Below, one piece after another: positions 36,811 through 46,745 of a stretch of 64,000 nucleotides of DNA. The position numbers and the translations under genes were made by a program. The DNA lies in assembly GCA_963851265.1 (NCBI GenBank), contig CAWKNZ010000003.1:192001-256000 (forward strand), read 5' to 3'. The notes under the pieces are model-generated. The model made no database searches and was not told the origin of the DNA. It saw only the letters and a list, made by a program, of their open reading frames with translations. How positions within the stretch are numbered: position 1 is the first letter of the stretch; each line of letters begins with the position of its first letter. The DNA is from an uncultured Gemmatimonadales bacterium (lineage in GTDB: Bacteria > Gemmatimonadota > Gemmatimonadetes > Gemmatimonadales > Gemmatimonadaceae).

Positions 36811-39800
36811 CTACTGCCCGCCCTCCCGCCGGCCCCACGTCGGCGGCGGGGGCTCGTTCATCCGCCGGTCCACCGGGTGCTGGGCGAGCAGGCGCAGTGC
36901 TTCCTGAACCGCGCGTTCCAGCTGCGGGTCGCGCCCCGACGCGACCTCCCTGGGCCAGTTCTCGACCGCGACGTCGGGCGCGACGCCCTCGTTCTCGATC
37001 GCCCAGTGCCCCTCGCGCGTGAAGAAGCCGCCGCGCGGCGCGATCATCGACCCGCCGTCGAGGAAGAGCGGCGTGTCGGCCGTGTGCACCAGGCCGCCCC
37101 ACGTGCGCTCGCCGACGAGCGGGCCGATGTGGCGGTGGCGGAACATGTAGGGCATGAGGTCGCCGCCCGAACCGGCCATCTCGTTGATGATCATCACCTT
37201 GGGCCCCCAGATGCCCGCCGAAGGGCTCGTGAAGGGGACGCGCTGGTTGATGGCCGAGTTGAAGTAGCCGTCGAAATCGCGCTGCAGCAGGTCGATGATG
37301 TAGTCGGCCGCGGAGCCGCCGCCGTTGTAGCGCTCGTCGATCACGGCGCCCTGGCGGTCCTGCTGGGCGAAGTAGTAGCGGTTGAAGCTCTGGTAGCCCG
37401 GCTGCCCCGTGTTGGGCAGGTAGACGTAGGCGAGCTTGCCGCCGGACAGCGAGTCGACCGCGCGCCGGTTGTGCTCCACCCACGCGCGCGTGCGCAGCCC
37501 GGCCTCGCTGGCCACCGGGAGCACCGTGACGCGGCGCGCGCCGTCCATGCTGGGGCGCGCGTTGACGAGCAGCACCGTCTGGCGGTTGGCCGTGCCGTCG
37601 AGCAGGCGGTAGACGTCGTCGGTGCCGGCCAGTTCGGCGCCGTTCACCGCGAGCAGGTAGTCGCCGGGGCGCACGTCGATGCCGGGGCCGGCGAGCGGGG
37701 CGCGCAGCTCGGGGTTCCAGCTCTCGGCGTCGTAGATCTTGCGGATGCGGTAGCGGCCGTTCTCGACGGCGAGGTCGGCGCCTAACAGTCCGACGCCGGG
37801 GGCGCCGGTGCCGGTCTCGGGCAGGTCGCCGCCGCGCACGTAGGAGTGCCCGATGGCGAGCTCGGAGCCCATCCAGTCGAGCAGGTAGTTGAGGTCGGCG
37901 CGGTGCATGACGTACGGCAGGAGCGCGCCGTAGGTGCGTCCGACGGCCGGCCAGTCGGCGCCGTGCGCGTTGCGGACGTACAGGTAGTCGCGCTCGTTGC
38001 GCCACCCCTCGTGGAAGATCTCCGCGAACTCCGCCTTCGGGTCGACCCACATCCGCAGGGCGACGGCGAGGCGCCCCTTGGCGGCGTCGGCCGGGGTCGC
38101 GGCGGGCGGCGCGCCCGCGTCGACGACGAAGAGGGTGGTGCCGCCCGCGCCGGCGGCCCCTGCCCCGCCGCCCGCGGCGGGCGGCGCGGCGGGGGTGCGG
38201 TAGAGCAGCTTCTGCCCGTTGGCGCTGACGACGAACTCCGCGACGTTGGGCGCGAAGGCCACCGCGCGCCGGTCGCGCAGCGTGTAGCGGTGGAGCGTGC
38301 CGCCCGGCGCCGGCGCGGCGGCGGTGCCCGCGGGGGTCAGGGTCTCGAGGAAGAACACCGTGCCCGGCGCGCCGCTCCGGAGGTCGGCGTAGTCGCGCGC
38401 GGCCACGCCCGGCACGGGGAGGATGCGCTGGCGCATGCCGTCGAAATCGATGCGGACCGGGCGCGTGCCGTTGGGCGCGGGCGTGCGCGCGCTGTCGCGG
38501 TTGGCGGCCGCGGCGCGCGCGGTGTCGGCGCGCGTGCTGTCCACGCGCGCGCGGGCGGCCGCGCGGCGCGCCTGGTCCTCCTCGCGCGGCGGCTCGCCCG
38601 GGCGCTGCGGCGCGGGCGCCGCGCCCGCGAGGCTCGCCTCCTCGTCGCTCTCGGGGAGGAGCGGCGAGGGCTCGGCCTTCTGCAGCACCGCCATGTAGAG
38701 CGCCCGCGTCACGGGCCGCTCGTAGCTCGACATGTCGAGCCACTGCGAGGTGAGCGCGTAGTTGGTCGACGCGAGGAACCACAGGTACTTGCCCGACGCG
38801 TCCCACGCGGGCGCGACGGCGTCGGCGAGGCCGTCCGTGATCTGGCGCTTCTCGCCCGTCTCGACGTTGGCGACCACCACCGCGCGGTAGAGCGACGGCA
38901 GGCGCTTCGCGTAGGCGAGCCAGCGCCCGTCGGGGCTCCACACCGGCTCCAACTCGCGCCGCGGCACGAGGTACGTGTCCTGGTCGATCACGGTCGCCTT
39001 CCCCGACGCGACGTCGAGCGACCAGATGCGGAAGTCCGTGTCGGTGTAGGCGATGCGCCGCCCGTCGGGGCTCCAGGCCGGCGTGTAGTAGTGCGTGGGG
39101 TTGGGCAGCGCGATCTCGCGCGCGGGCGACACGCCGTCCTGGGGCGCGATGTAGAGGCGGTACTCGCCCGACTTGTCCCCGAAGTACGCGACGAAGCGCC
39201 CGTCGGGCGACCACACCGGGTCGCGCTCCGCCGACCCGCTCGACCGGGTCAGGTTGCGCGCGTCGCCCTTCTCCGCCGGCAGGGTGAAGATCTCGCCGCG
39301 CGCCTCGACCGCGGCGCGACGCCCCGTGGGCGAGATGGCGAGCGACGTCACGCGCCCCGAGACGTCCTTCCACTGCGGCATCATCCACGCGAAGTCGCCG
39401 GCCGCGGTGATGGGCACGACGCGCTCGCGCCCGCTCGCCGGGTCCAGCTCGTGGATCACGCCGGCCTGCTCGAACACCACTGCGTTAGGCGTCGCGTCGA
39501 GCGACTTGACGTCGAAGTCGCGCCCGTGGTAATGCGTCACCTCGCGCACCTGCTTCGACCGCGTGTCGTACGCCCACACGTTCTGCACCCCGTCGCGGTC
39601 CGACAGGAAGTACACGGCGTCGTTGCCCACCCACACGGGGTCGAGCTCCTTCGAGTCGGTCCACGGCACGGTCTCGACGGCCATCGTCTGCAGGTCGAGG
39701 ATCCACACCGGGCGGTTCTGCCCGCCGCGGTAGTGGCGGCGCTCCTCGTCCCAGCTGTTGGCCATCCGGTAGGCGAGGCGGCGGCCGTCGGGCGAGATCT

Positions 39801-40356
39801 TGCCCTGGTACGCGCGCGGCATCGGCATGGGCGTCTCAGGCCCGCCGTCGACCGCCACCGTCCAGAACCGCGGCACCGGCGTGGGCGCGTCGGTCGCGCG
39901 CCCCGACGCGAACACCACGCGCCGCCCGTCCGGCGTCCACCCCTGCACCATGTCGGCGCCCGGGTGCCACGTGAGCCGGCGCGGCTCGCCGCCCAACGCG
40001 GGCACGACGTACACGTCGGTATTGCCGCCGAGGTCGGCGCTGTAGGCGACCCAGCGGCCGTCGGGCGAGAGCTTGGGGTTGCTCGCCTCGCCGGGCGTGC
40101 TCGTGAGACGGCGGGCGGCCCCGCCCGCGCGGTCGACGATCCAGATGTTGCCGCCGTAGGCGAAGGCGATGTGCGCCGCGCTCACGCTCGGCGTTCGCAG
40201 CAGGCGCGTGGGGCCCGCGGGCGCGGGCTCCTGTCGGGGCGGGGGCGGCGCGTCCGCCTGCGCGGCCGCGGGCGACGGGCGGGCGGCGATCGCGGCGACG
40301 TGTGCGGCGACGAGCGCGGCGAGGACGGCAGGGGCGACGGCGGGGCGGATGGGCAT
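36811..40356 (-). CDS. Tricorn-like S41 protease
   Basis: PD40 propellers, PDZ-like GLLGADL, IDERYNGGG, AGSGGD, GERTWGG, IENEGV.PD, DPQLERAV. Confidence 0.93.
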   Translation of the reverse strand: MPIRPAVAPAVLAALVAAHVAAIAARPSPAAAQADAPPPPRQEPAPAGPTRLLRTPSVSAAHIAFAYGGNIWIVDRAGGAARRLTSTPGEASNPKLSPDGRWVAYSADLGGNTDVYVVPALGGEPRRLTWHPGADMVQGWTPDGRRVVFASGRATDAPTPVPRFWTVAVDGGPETPMPMPRAYQGKISPDGRRLAYRMANSWDEERRHYRGGQNRPVWILDLQTMAVETVPWTDSKELDPVWVGNDAVYFLSDRDGVQNVWAYDTRSKQVREVTHYHGRDFDVKSLDATPNAVVFEQAGVIHELDPASGRERVVPITAAGDFAWMMPQWKDVSGRVTSLAISPTGRRAAVEARGEIFTLPAEKGDARNLTRSSGSAERDPVWSPDGRFVAYFGDKSGEYRLYIAPQDGVSPAREIALPNPTHYYTPAWSPDGRRIAYTDTDFRIWSLDVASGKATVIDQDTYLVPRRELEPVWSPDGRWLAYAKRLPSLYRAVVVANVETGEKRQITDGLADAVAPAWDASGKYLWFLASTNYALTSQWLDMSSYERPVTRALYMAVLQKAEPSPLLPESDEEASLAGAAPAPQRPGEPPREEDQARRAAARARVDSTRADTARAAAANRDSARTPAPNGTRPVRIDFDGMRQRILPVPGVAARDYADLRSGAPGTVFFLETLTPAGTAAAPAPGGTLHRYTLRDRRAVAFAPNVAEFVVSANGQKLLYRTPAAPPAAGGGAGAAGAGGTTLFVVDAGAPPAATPADAAKGRLAVALRMWVDPKAEFAEIFHEGWRNERDYLYVRNAHGADWPAVGRTYGALLPYVMHRADLNYLLDWMGSELAIGHSYVRGGDLPETGTGAPGVGLLGADLAVENGRYRIRKIYDAESWNPELRAPLAGPGIDVRPGDYLLAVNGAELAGTDDVYRLLDGTANRQTVLLVNARPSMDGARRVTVLPVASEAGLRTRAWVEHNRRAVDSLSGGKLAYVYLPNTGQPGYQSFNRYYFAQQDRQGAVIDERYNGGGSAADYIIDLLQRDFDGYFNSAINQRVPFTSPSAGIWGPKVMIINEMAGSGGDLMPYMFRHRHIGPLVGERTWGGLVHTADTPLFLDGGSMIAPRGGFFTREGHWAIENEGVAPDVAVENWPREVASGRDPQLERAVQEALRLLAQHPVDRRMNEPPPPTWGRREGGQ

Positions 40357-40415
40357 GGGTGCGGGCGGGGGTGGGGACCGTGCATCGCTGTTACGCCGCG
40401 GAGCGCGAGGGCGCT

Positions 40416-40907
40416 GTGATCTCCGGTCTGGCGCGCACGCGGTCGGCGCGCGAAGCTTCCGGCGTGCCTTTCGCCGCCCCGCCCACCCCTCGCCGCCGCT
40501 GGCACGCGTGGTGGCTGTTTGCCGCCTGGGTCGCCTACTGGATCGCGCTCGCCGGTGCGGCGCTCGGACGCGCGGTACCTGCGGTCTGGCGCCTCGCCAG
40601 CGACCGCGCGAGCCACGGCGGTGTGAGCCTGAGCGCCGGCGACGCCGGCGTGTCGCTGCAGGTGACGGAACACGGCACGACCGCCTGGGCGGGCTCGGCG
40701 GGGCTGCTCGCCTTCGCGCTGTGTGTCGCGATCCCGCCGCTGGCGCTGTTTCTCCTCTGGCTGTGCGCCCGGCCGCGGGTCGCGGGCGGGGTGCTGCTCG
40801 AGACGGGGCCAGTCGTACGCCCGGCGGGCGTCACGGCCGGGCGCCCTCCCGACCCGCGCGCCGCGGACGCGGCCCGGTCGCCCGTGCCCGACGTTCGCTC
40901 TCCGTGA
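40416..40907 (+). CDS. Hypothetical membrane protein (2 TM)
   Basis: Two hydrophobic segments; GTGA-coupled to the downstream GNAT; start uncertain. Confidence 0.55.
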   Translation: MISGLARTRSAREASGVPFAAPPTPRRRWHAWWLFAAWVAYWIALAGAALGRAVPAVWRLASDRASHGGVSLSAGDAGVSLQVTEHGTTAWAGSAGLLAFALCVAIPPLALFLLWLCARPRVAGGVLLETGPVVRPAGVTAGRPPDPRAADAARSPVPDVRSP

Positions 40908-41458
40908 CCGCCGACGCGGGGGCTGGCGCCGTTCCGCGCCTCACGACCGAGCGCCTGCTGCTGCGCGGCTTCGCGCCACGCGACGTGGAGGCGTACGTCG
41001 CGATGATGGCCGACCCCGCGGTCACCCGGTACCTCGGCGACGGGCGGCCGCTGTCGCGCGCGGACGCGTGGCGGCAGCTGGCGCTCATCATCGGGCACTG
41101 GGGGCTGCGCGGCTTCGGGCTCTGGGCCGTCGAGGAGCGCGCCACAGGGACGCTCGTCGGGCGCGTCGGATGCTACGAGCCCGACGGATGGCCCGGGTGC
41201 GAGGTCGGGTACGTGCTCGCCCGCCCGTTCTGGGGGCGCGGGTACGCGACCGAGGGCGCGCGGGCGGCGCTGGAGTACGCGCGCGGGGTGCTCGCGCGCG
41301 ACCGCGTCATCAGCCTCATCCACCCCGACAACGTCGCCTCGGCGAGCGTCGCGACCCGCCTCGGCGCGACGGCCGACGAGACGATCGAGCTGTTCGGCCG
41401 GCCGGCGGCGGTGTACGCGTACCCGACCGGGTCCGGCGCGCCCGCGGCCATGCGTTAG
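40904..41458 (+). CDS. GNAT acetyltransferase (RimJ/RimL-like)
   Basis: LTTERLLLR, GHW.LRGFG.WAVE, WGRGYATE, I.PDN.AS..VA.RLG. Confidence 0.92.
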   Translation: MTADAGAGAVPRLTTERLLLRGFAPRDVEAYVAMMADPAVTRYLGDGRPLSRADAWRQLALIIGHWGLRGFGLWAVEERATGTLVGRVGCYEPDGWPGCEVGYVLARPFWGRGYATEGARAALEYARGVLARDRVISLIHPDNVASASVATRLGATADETIELFGRPAAVYAYPTGSGAPAAMR

Positions 41459-42345
41459 GCGGTCGCGGTCGCGTACCCGGCGAGCGCCTCGGGGTACGCG
41501 GCGACCACCCCGGGCGGCGCGGCCGCCGGCGCGCCCGCGAGCATCGCCTCGAGCATCAGCGCGTTGGTGACCGCCTGCCCGCGGTAGTGGTTGTTGGTGA
41601 CCACGTACACCTCGGGCGCGGCCGCGGCGACCTCGCGCGTGCGCTCCGCCCACGGCGCGAGCTCGGCGGCCGAGTAGAGGTAGTCGTAGCGCGCCTCCAC
41701 GCCGGCGTCGGGGCGCCACCAGTCCTCGTAGTTGCGGCCGTGGAGCCGCACGTAGCCGACCGGCGCGGTGGCCGTCGCGCTCGGGCCTAACGACCGGGCG
41801 AAGAGCGGCTGGTCGACGTTGACGAAGCCGATCCCGCGCTCGGCGAGCCCCCGGTAGAAGGCGGGCACGTTCCACGACGCGTGGCGCACCTCGAGCGCGA
41901 GCGGGTACCCCGCCCCGCCGCGGCCGAACGCCCGCGCGACGTCGTCGAGCCACTCGCGGCCGGCGTCGTCGCGCTTGAAGGACCAGGGGAACTGGACGAG
42001 CACCGCGCCGAGCCGTCCGGCGTCGGCGAGCACGTCGAAGCCGCGGCGCACGGCGTCGACGTCGGCCGGGGTGAAGGCGGCGTCTCGCTCGTGCGTGAAC
42101 CGCTGCCAGAGCTTCGCGGTGAAGCGGAAGCGGTCGCGGGCGCGCTCGCCGGCTGCGGCGCGCTCGACCCAGCCCCCGGCGGCCGCCGGGGAAGCCGGGC
42201 GGTAGAAGGTGCTGTTCACCTCGACGGTGTCGAAGTACCCCGCCACGTAGGTGAGCGGGTCGAAGTCGCGCGGGCGGGGCGCCGGGTACACGATGCCGTC
42301 CCAATCCTTGTAGGACCACCCGGCGGGGCCGATGCGGACGGTCAT
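41455..42345 (-). CDS. DUF72 family protein
   Basis: IGPAGWSYKDW, VEVNSTFY, LVQFP.SF, EVRH.SW, YVRLHGRN, RYDYLYS, NNHYRGQA. Confidence 0.93.
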   Translation of the reverse strand: MTVRIGPAGWSYKDWDGIVYPAPRPRDFDPLTYVAGYFDTVEVNSTFYRPASPAAAGGWVERAAAGERARDRFRFTAKLWQRFTHERDAAFTPADVDAVRRGFDVLADAGRLGAVLVQFPWSFKRDDAGREWLDDVARAFGRGGAGYPLALEVRHASWNVPAFYRGLAERGIGFVNVDQPLFARSLGPSATATAPVGYVRLHGRNYEDWWRPDAGVEARYDYLYSAAELAPWAERTREVAAAAPEVYVVTNNHYRGQAVTNALMLEAMLAGAPAAAPPGVVAAYPEALAGYATATA

Positions 42346-42506
42346 TCGGCATAATCTACCGATGCCCGAGAGGGAGTCAGCCGCGGCTGGACCTTCCAGC
42401 GCACGGCCCGGTCGCACGCGACCGGTCCACCGCGCCTCAACGCCGCCTGCGGCGCGGGCGTAAGGCCATCAACGCCCCTCCCCCGCCCCGCGCGCCCCGC
42501 CCCGCC

Positions 42507-45500
42507 ATGGCCACCCGCCTTCCGTCCGCCGCCTTCACCACCCGCGCGCTCGCCGTCGGAGCGCTCGCAGCCTCCGCCGCGGCCTCCGCCGCCGGCGCGC
42601 AGCCGGCCGAGCCCCTCGACTCGGCCTACACCGCGCAGATCCGCGCGCTGACGCCCACCGACCCGCACTGGAAGTTCTCCACCGAGTTGGTCGACCACCT
42701 GCCCGCATCGGCCGCGGTCCCGACCCCGCTCAAGTTCCTCGGCTACGTCCCGGGCACCGTCGGCCGGCTGAGCAAGGTGGCCGACATCAACCGGTACCTG
42801 CGCGCGGTCGCGGCGGCGTCGCCGCGGGTGAAGGTGTTCTCGTTAGGCACCAGCGAGGAGGGGCGCGAGATGCTCGCCGTCGCGGTCGCCGACGAGGCGA
42901 CCATCGCCCGGCTCGACGACTACCGCGCGATGGCCGGGCGGCTCGCCGACCCGCGCGGGCTCGCGGACGCGGAGCGCGCGCGGCTGATCGCGCAGGCCAA
43001 GCCCATCTACTGGCTCACCGGCTCCATCCACTCCCCCGAGACGGGGAGCCCCGAGATGCTGATGGAGCTCGTGTACCGGCTCGCGGTGAGCGACGCGCCC
43101 AACGTGCGGCGCGTCCGCGACGGCGTGATCACGCTCGTCACCCCCGTGACCGAGACCGACGGGCGCGACCGCGCCGTCGACGCGTACGCGCTCGAGCGCC
43201 AGCTCAAGGTCGGGCGCGGCGGCGTGCCGCTCGTGTACTGGGGCAAGTACGTCGCGCACGACAACAACCGCGACGGGCTGGTGCTGAGCCTGAAGCTGTC
43301 ACAGCACATCAACGACGGCGGGCTGTACTGGCACCCGACCGTGCTGCACGACCTGCACGAGAGCGTGCCCTTCCTGTACGCGAGCACCGGCACCGGCCCG
43401 TACAACGACGAGTTCGACCCGGTGGTGGTCGACGAGTGGCACACGCTCGCCTACCAGGAGATCACGGAGCTCACCAAGCGCGGGCTGCCGGGCGTGTGGA
43501 CGCACGGCTTCTACGACGGGTGGGCGCCCAACTACATGTTCGGGATCGCGCAGTTCCACAACGCGATCGGGCGCTTCTACGAGACGTACACGTCGTCGGG
43601 CGCCGACTGCCACGTCGTGAACCTCCCCGCCGCGCAGGTCTCGCGCGAGTGGGACCGGCCGAGCCCGCCGGTGAACGGGGTCAAGTGGTGCATCCGGAGC
43701 AACATCAACTACCAGGAGTCGGGCGTGCTGGTCGCGCTCGACTACGTGGCGCGCAACAAGGAGACGTTCCTCGAGAACTTCGCGCTCAAGGCGCGGCGCA
43801 TGGTCGACCGCGGGCGGACCTCGGCGCCCTACGCGTTCGTCATCCCGCGCGGGCAGCGGCGCGCGGCGGAGGCGGCGGACCTCGTCAACTACTTCCGCCG
43901 CACCGGGAGCGAGGTGCAGGTCGCGACCGGCGACTTCACCGTCGGGACGATGCCCGCGGTGGTCGAACGCGCCGCGCCGGCGAACCCGAACAGCGCGGGC
44001 GGCACGGGGCGGCGCGGAAGCGAGACGCTCGCGCGCGGCGCCGACGCCGACACGACGCACCGCGCCCGGCGCGACAGCGCCGGCGCGGCGTCCACCGTTC
44101 AGGTCCACGCCGGCGACTGGGTCGTGCGCATGGACCAGCCCTACACGGCACTCGTCCGCACCGTGCTCGCCGTGCAGCGCTACCGCCCCGACGACCCGTC
44201 GCCCTACGACGACACCGGGTGGTCGCTCGACAAGCTCCGGCACGTGACCGTCCACACGGTCAACGACTCGTCGGTGCTGACCCGCCCCATGCAGCGCCTG
44301 ACCGTCGAGGCGCGCGTGGCCGGCGCGGTCGCGGGCGCCGGGCCCACGCTCGCCGTCGCGCCGTTAGGCGACTGGCGGTCGGCGACGCTTCCCTGGCAGG
44401 TCGCCGGCGCGCGCGTGACGGTGGCCGACACCGCCTTCGCCGCCGGCGGCGCGAGCTTCCCGGCCGGCACGGCGCTCCTCGCCAACACGCCCGCCACGCG
44501 CGCCGCGGTCGAGCGGTTGGGGCTCGCCGCGACGGCGCTCGCCGCCGCGCCGGCCGTGCGCGCGCACGCCGTCGCGCTGCCGCGCATCGCCTTCGTGCAC
44601 ACCTGGCTCGAGACGCAGAACGAGGGCTGGCTGCGCCACGCACTCGACGAGATGGGCGTGCCGTTCACCTACGTCTCGACGCAGCGCCTGCGCGACCCGC
44701 GCTTCCTCGACCGCTTCGACGTGGTGCTCTTCCCGCACGCGAACGGCACGTCCGCGCAGCTCGTCAACGGCCGCCCGATGGTCGGGCCGCCGATCCCGTG
44801 GCGGCGCTCCGCGATCACGCCGAGTTTCGCGGGCACCCCCGACTCCACCGACGACCTGCGCCCGGGGATGGGCTACGAGGGCGTGGCCGCACTCCACCAC
44901 TTCGTCGAGCGCGGGGGCCTGCTGGTGACCGAAGGGAACTCGGTCCGCCTTCCGGTCGACATGGGCTTCAACCCGACGGTGAGCGTGGTCGCCACGCCGC
45001 GGCTCGTCGCGCACGGCGCGGTCTACCGCGCGCAGGCGGTCGAGCGCACGCACCCGGTGCTCTACGGCTACGAGGCCGGCTCCATGCCCGTGTACTTCAA
45101 CCAGGCGCCGGTGTTGGCGGTGCAGGCCAACGAGAACGCGGCGGCCGACGCGCGCACCCGCGCGGTGATGCAGAACGTGGCCGACACGGCCATCACCGGC
45201 GCGACCGAGCGCCAGCGCGCGCGCGTGGTGCTGCGGTTCGACCCGAACGCCGATTCGCTGCTCGTGTCGGGACAGCTGGAAAACGGTGGAGAGCTGGCGG
45301 GCAAGGCGGCGGTGGTCGACGCGCCGTTGGGCCGCGGGCACGTGATCCTCTTCGGCATCCGCCCGATGTGGCGCTACGAGACGCAGGGGAGCTACGCGAT
45401 GGTGCTCAACGCGCTCGCCAACTGGAACGCGCTCGACGTCAATCGCGACCGCTCCCCCGCGCCGGTGGCAGCGGCCGCCGCCCGCGCGACCGAGCCCGGG

Positions 45501-45518
45501 GAGGGGCGCGAGCACTGA
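42507..45518 (+). CDS. M14 family zinc carboxypeptidase (secreted, large)
   Basis: SIHSPE, HDNNRD, HDLHE; C-terminal GATase-like region; signal peptide. Confidence 0.88.
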   Translation: MATRLPSAAFTTRALAVGALAASAAASAAGAQPAEPLDSAYTAQIRALTPTDPHWKFSTELVDHLPASAAVPTPLKFLGYVPGTVGRLSKVADINRYLRAVAAASPRVKVFSLGTSEEGREMLAVAVADEATIARLDDYRAMAGRLADPRGLADAERARLIAQAKPIYWLTGSIHSPETGSPEMLMELVYRLAVSDAPNVRRVRDGVITLVTPVTETDGRDRAVDAYALERQLKVGRGGVPLVYWGKYVAHDNNRDGLVLSLKLSQHINDGGLYWHPTVLHDLHESVPFLYASTGTGPYNDEFDPVVVDEWHTLAYQEITELTKRGLPGVWTHGFYDGWAPNYMFGIAQFHNAIGRFYETYTSSGADCHVVNLPAAQVSREWDRPSPPVNGVKWCIRSNINYQESGVLVALDYVARNKETFLENFALKARRMVDRGRTSAPYAFVIPRGQRRAAEAADLVNYFRRTGSEVQVATGDFTVGTMPAVVERAAPANPNSAGGTGRRGSETLARGADADTTHRARRDSAGAASTVQVHAGDWVVRMDQPYTALVRTVLAVQRYRPDDPSPYDDTGWSLDKLRHVTVHTVNDSSVLTRPMQRLTVEARVAGAVAGAGPTLAVAPLGDWRSATLPWQVAGARVTVADTAFAAGGASFPAGTALLANTPATRAAVERLGLAATALAAAPAVRAHAVALPRIAFVHTWLETQNEGWLRHALDEMGVPFTYVSTQRLRDPRFLDRFDVVLFPHANGTSAQLVNGRPMVGPPIPWRRSAITPSFAGTPDSTDDLRPGMGYEGVAALHHFVERGGLLVTEGNSVRLPVDMGFNPTVSVVATPRLVAHGAVYRAQAVERTHPVLYGYEAGSMPVYFNQAPVLAVQANENAAADARTRAVMQNVADTAITGATERQRARVVLRFDPNADSLLVSGQLENGGELAGKAAVVDAPLGRGHVILFGIRPMWRYETQGSYAMVLNALANWNALDVNRDRSPAPVAAAAARATEPGEGREH

Positions 45519-45594
45519 GACGGGCGCGCGGGGTATCAGAAGCCAGTGCTACCTCGCGCCCCGCGTACGTCTCGTACCCGCACACCCAGCTCTC

Positions 45595-46119
45595 ATGACG
45601 ACCGCCTTCACCCCGCCCGACGCCGCCACCGGCGCGCGCTCCGCGTCGGGCTTCGACCTCACCCCGCCGGACGCCACCGAACGCCGCGCCCTCGCGGCCG
45701 ACCTGACGGACGAGGAGCGGCACGTGCTGCTCTCGCACGGCACGGAGGCGCCGTTCTGCGGCGTCTTCAACGCGCACAAGGAGGCGGGCACGTACACCTG
45801 CCGCCAGTGCGGGCTGCCGCTCTTCCGCTCCGACGCGAAGTTCGAGTCGGGCACGGGGTGGCCGAGCTTCTTCACGCCGCTCGACGCGCGGCACGTCGCG
45901 TTCGTGCGCGACACGAGCTTCGGCATGACGCGCGTCGAGATCTGCTGCGCCCGCTGCGACGGGCACCTCGGCCACGTCTTCCCCGATGGACCGCCGCCCA
46001 CGGGCGAGCGCTACTGCCTCAACTCGGTGTCGCTCGCCTTCACCGAGGACGGCACGCCGCTTCCGGACCTCCTGCACCGCGGCTCGCCCGAGGGCGTCCC
46101 GCTCGCGCACGGACGGTAG
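45595..46119 (+). CDS. msrB: Peptide-methionine (R)-S-oxide reductase
   Basis: CRQC, KFESGTGWPSF, CARCDGHLGHVFPDGP, RYCLNS. Confidence 0.96.
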   Translation: MTTAFTPPDAATGARSASGFDLTPPDATERRALAADLTDEERHVLLSHGTEAPFCGVFNAHKEAGTYTCRQCGLPLFRSDAKFESGTGWPSFFTPLDARHVAFVRDTSFGMTRVEICCARCDGHLGHVFPDGPPPTGERYCLNSVSLAFTEDGTPLPDLLHRGSPEGVPLAHGR

Positions 46120-46160
46120 CGGCTGCGGACCGCGCCGTCGCCGGCGCGGTCCGTTGGGCG

Positions 46161-46568
46161 CTACTGGGGCGGCTCCCAGAGCTCGAACCGCGTGCCCTCC
46201 GGGTCGGCCGCCCACCCGAAGCGCCCGTATGACTCCGCCTGCACCTCGTCGGAAACCCACACGCCCGCCGCGCGCAGCTGGGCGAGCATCGCGTCGAGGT
46301 CGGTCACGCGGTAGTTGACCATCCAGCCCGCGGGGCCCGCGCCGAAGTAGCCCGTGTCCGCGGGGAAGGTCGACCACACGGTGAGGAGCGGATCGTCGCT
46401 GGCTTCCTTGCCGCCCGGCCCGGCGCCGAACATGGCGTACGTCCCGCCCCCCTCGACGGGCACGCCCAGGTGCTCGCGGTACCAGGCCGCGAGCGCGGCG
46501 GGGTCGCGCGCCTTGAAGAACACGCCGCCGATACCCGTCACGCGGGCCCGTGCGCCGTCCGTGGTCAT
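46161..46568 (-). CDS. VOC (glyoxalase/bleomycin resistance) family protein
   Basis: VTGIGGVFFK..DP..L..WY, MVNYRV.DLD, YGRFGW..DPEG.R.ELWEP. Confidence 0.92.
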   Translation of the reverse strand: MTTDGARARVTGIGGVFFKARDPAALAAWYREHLGVPVEGGGTYAMFGAGPGGKEASDDPLLTVWSTFPADTGYFGAGPAGWMVNYRVTDLDAMLAQLRAAGVWVSDEVQAESYGRFGWAADPEGTRFELWEPPQ

Positions 46569-46745
46569 CGAAAACACTCCGGGGCAAATGGGAACAAGCG
46601 TCGGCGCGCCGTATACTGCCGCGCGCGCGCCGGAGCGCTACTCCCGGGGCGCGGCGAACGCCGGCCGCGAGGGTGAGCGTGGTCGCGCGGAAGTCGCCCT
46701 GCCGCCGTCCCGATGCGGCACGGGCCCTGCCCGGGACGTCGCGCC

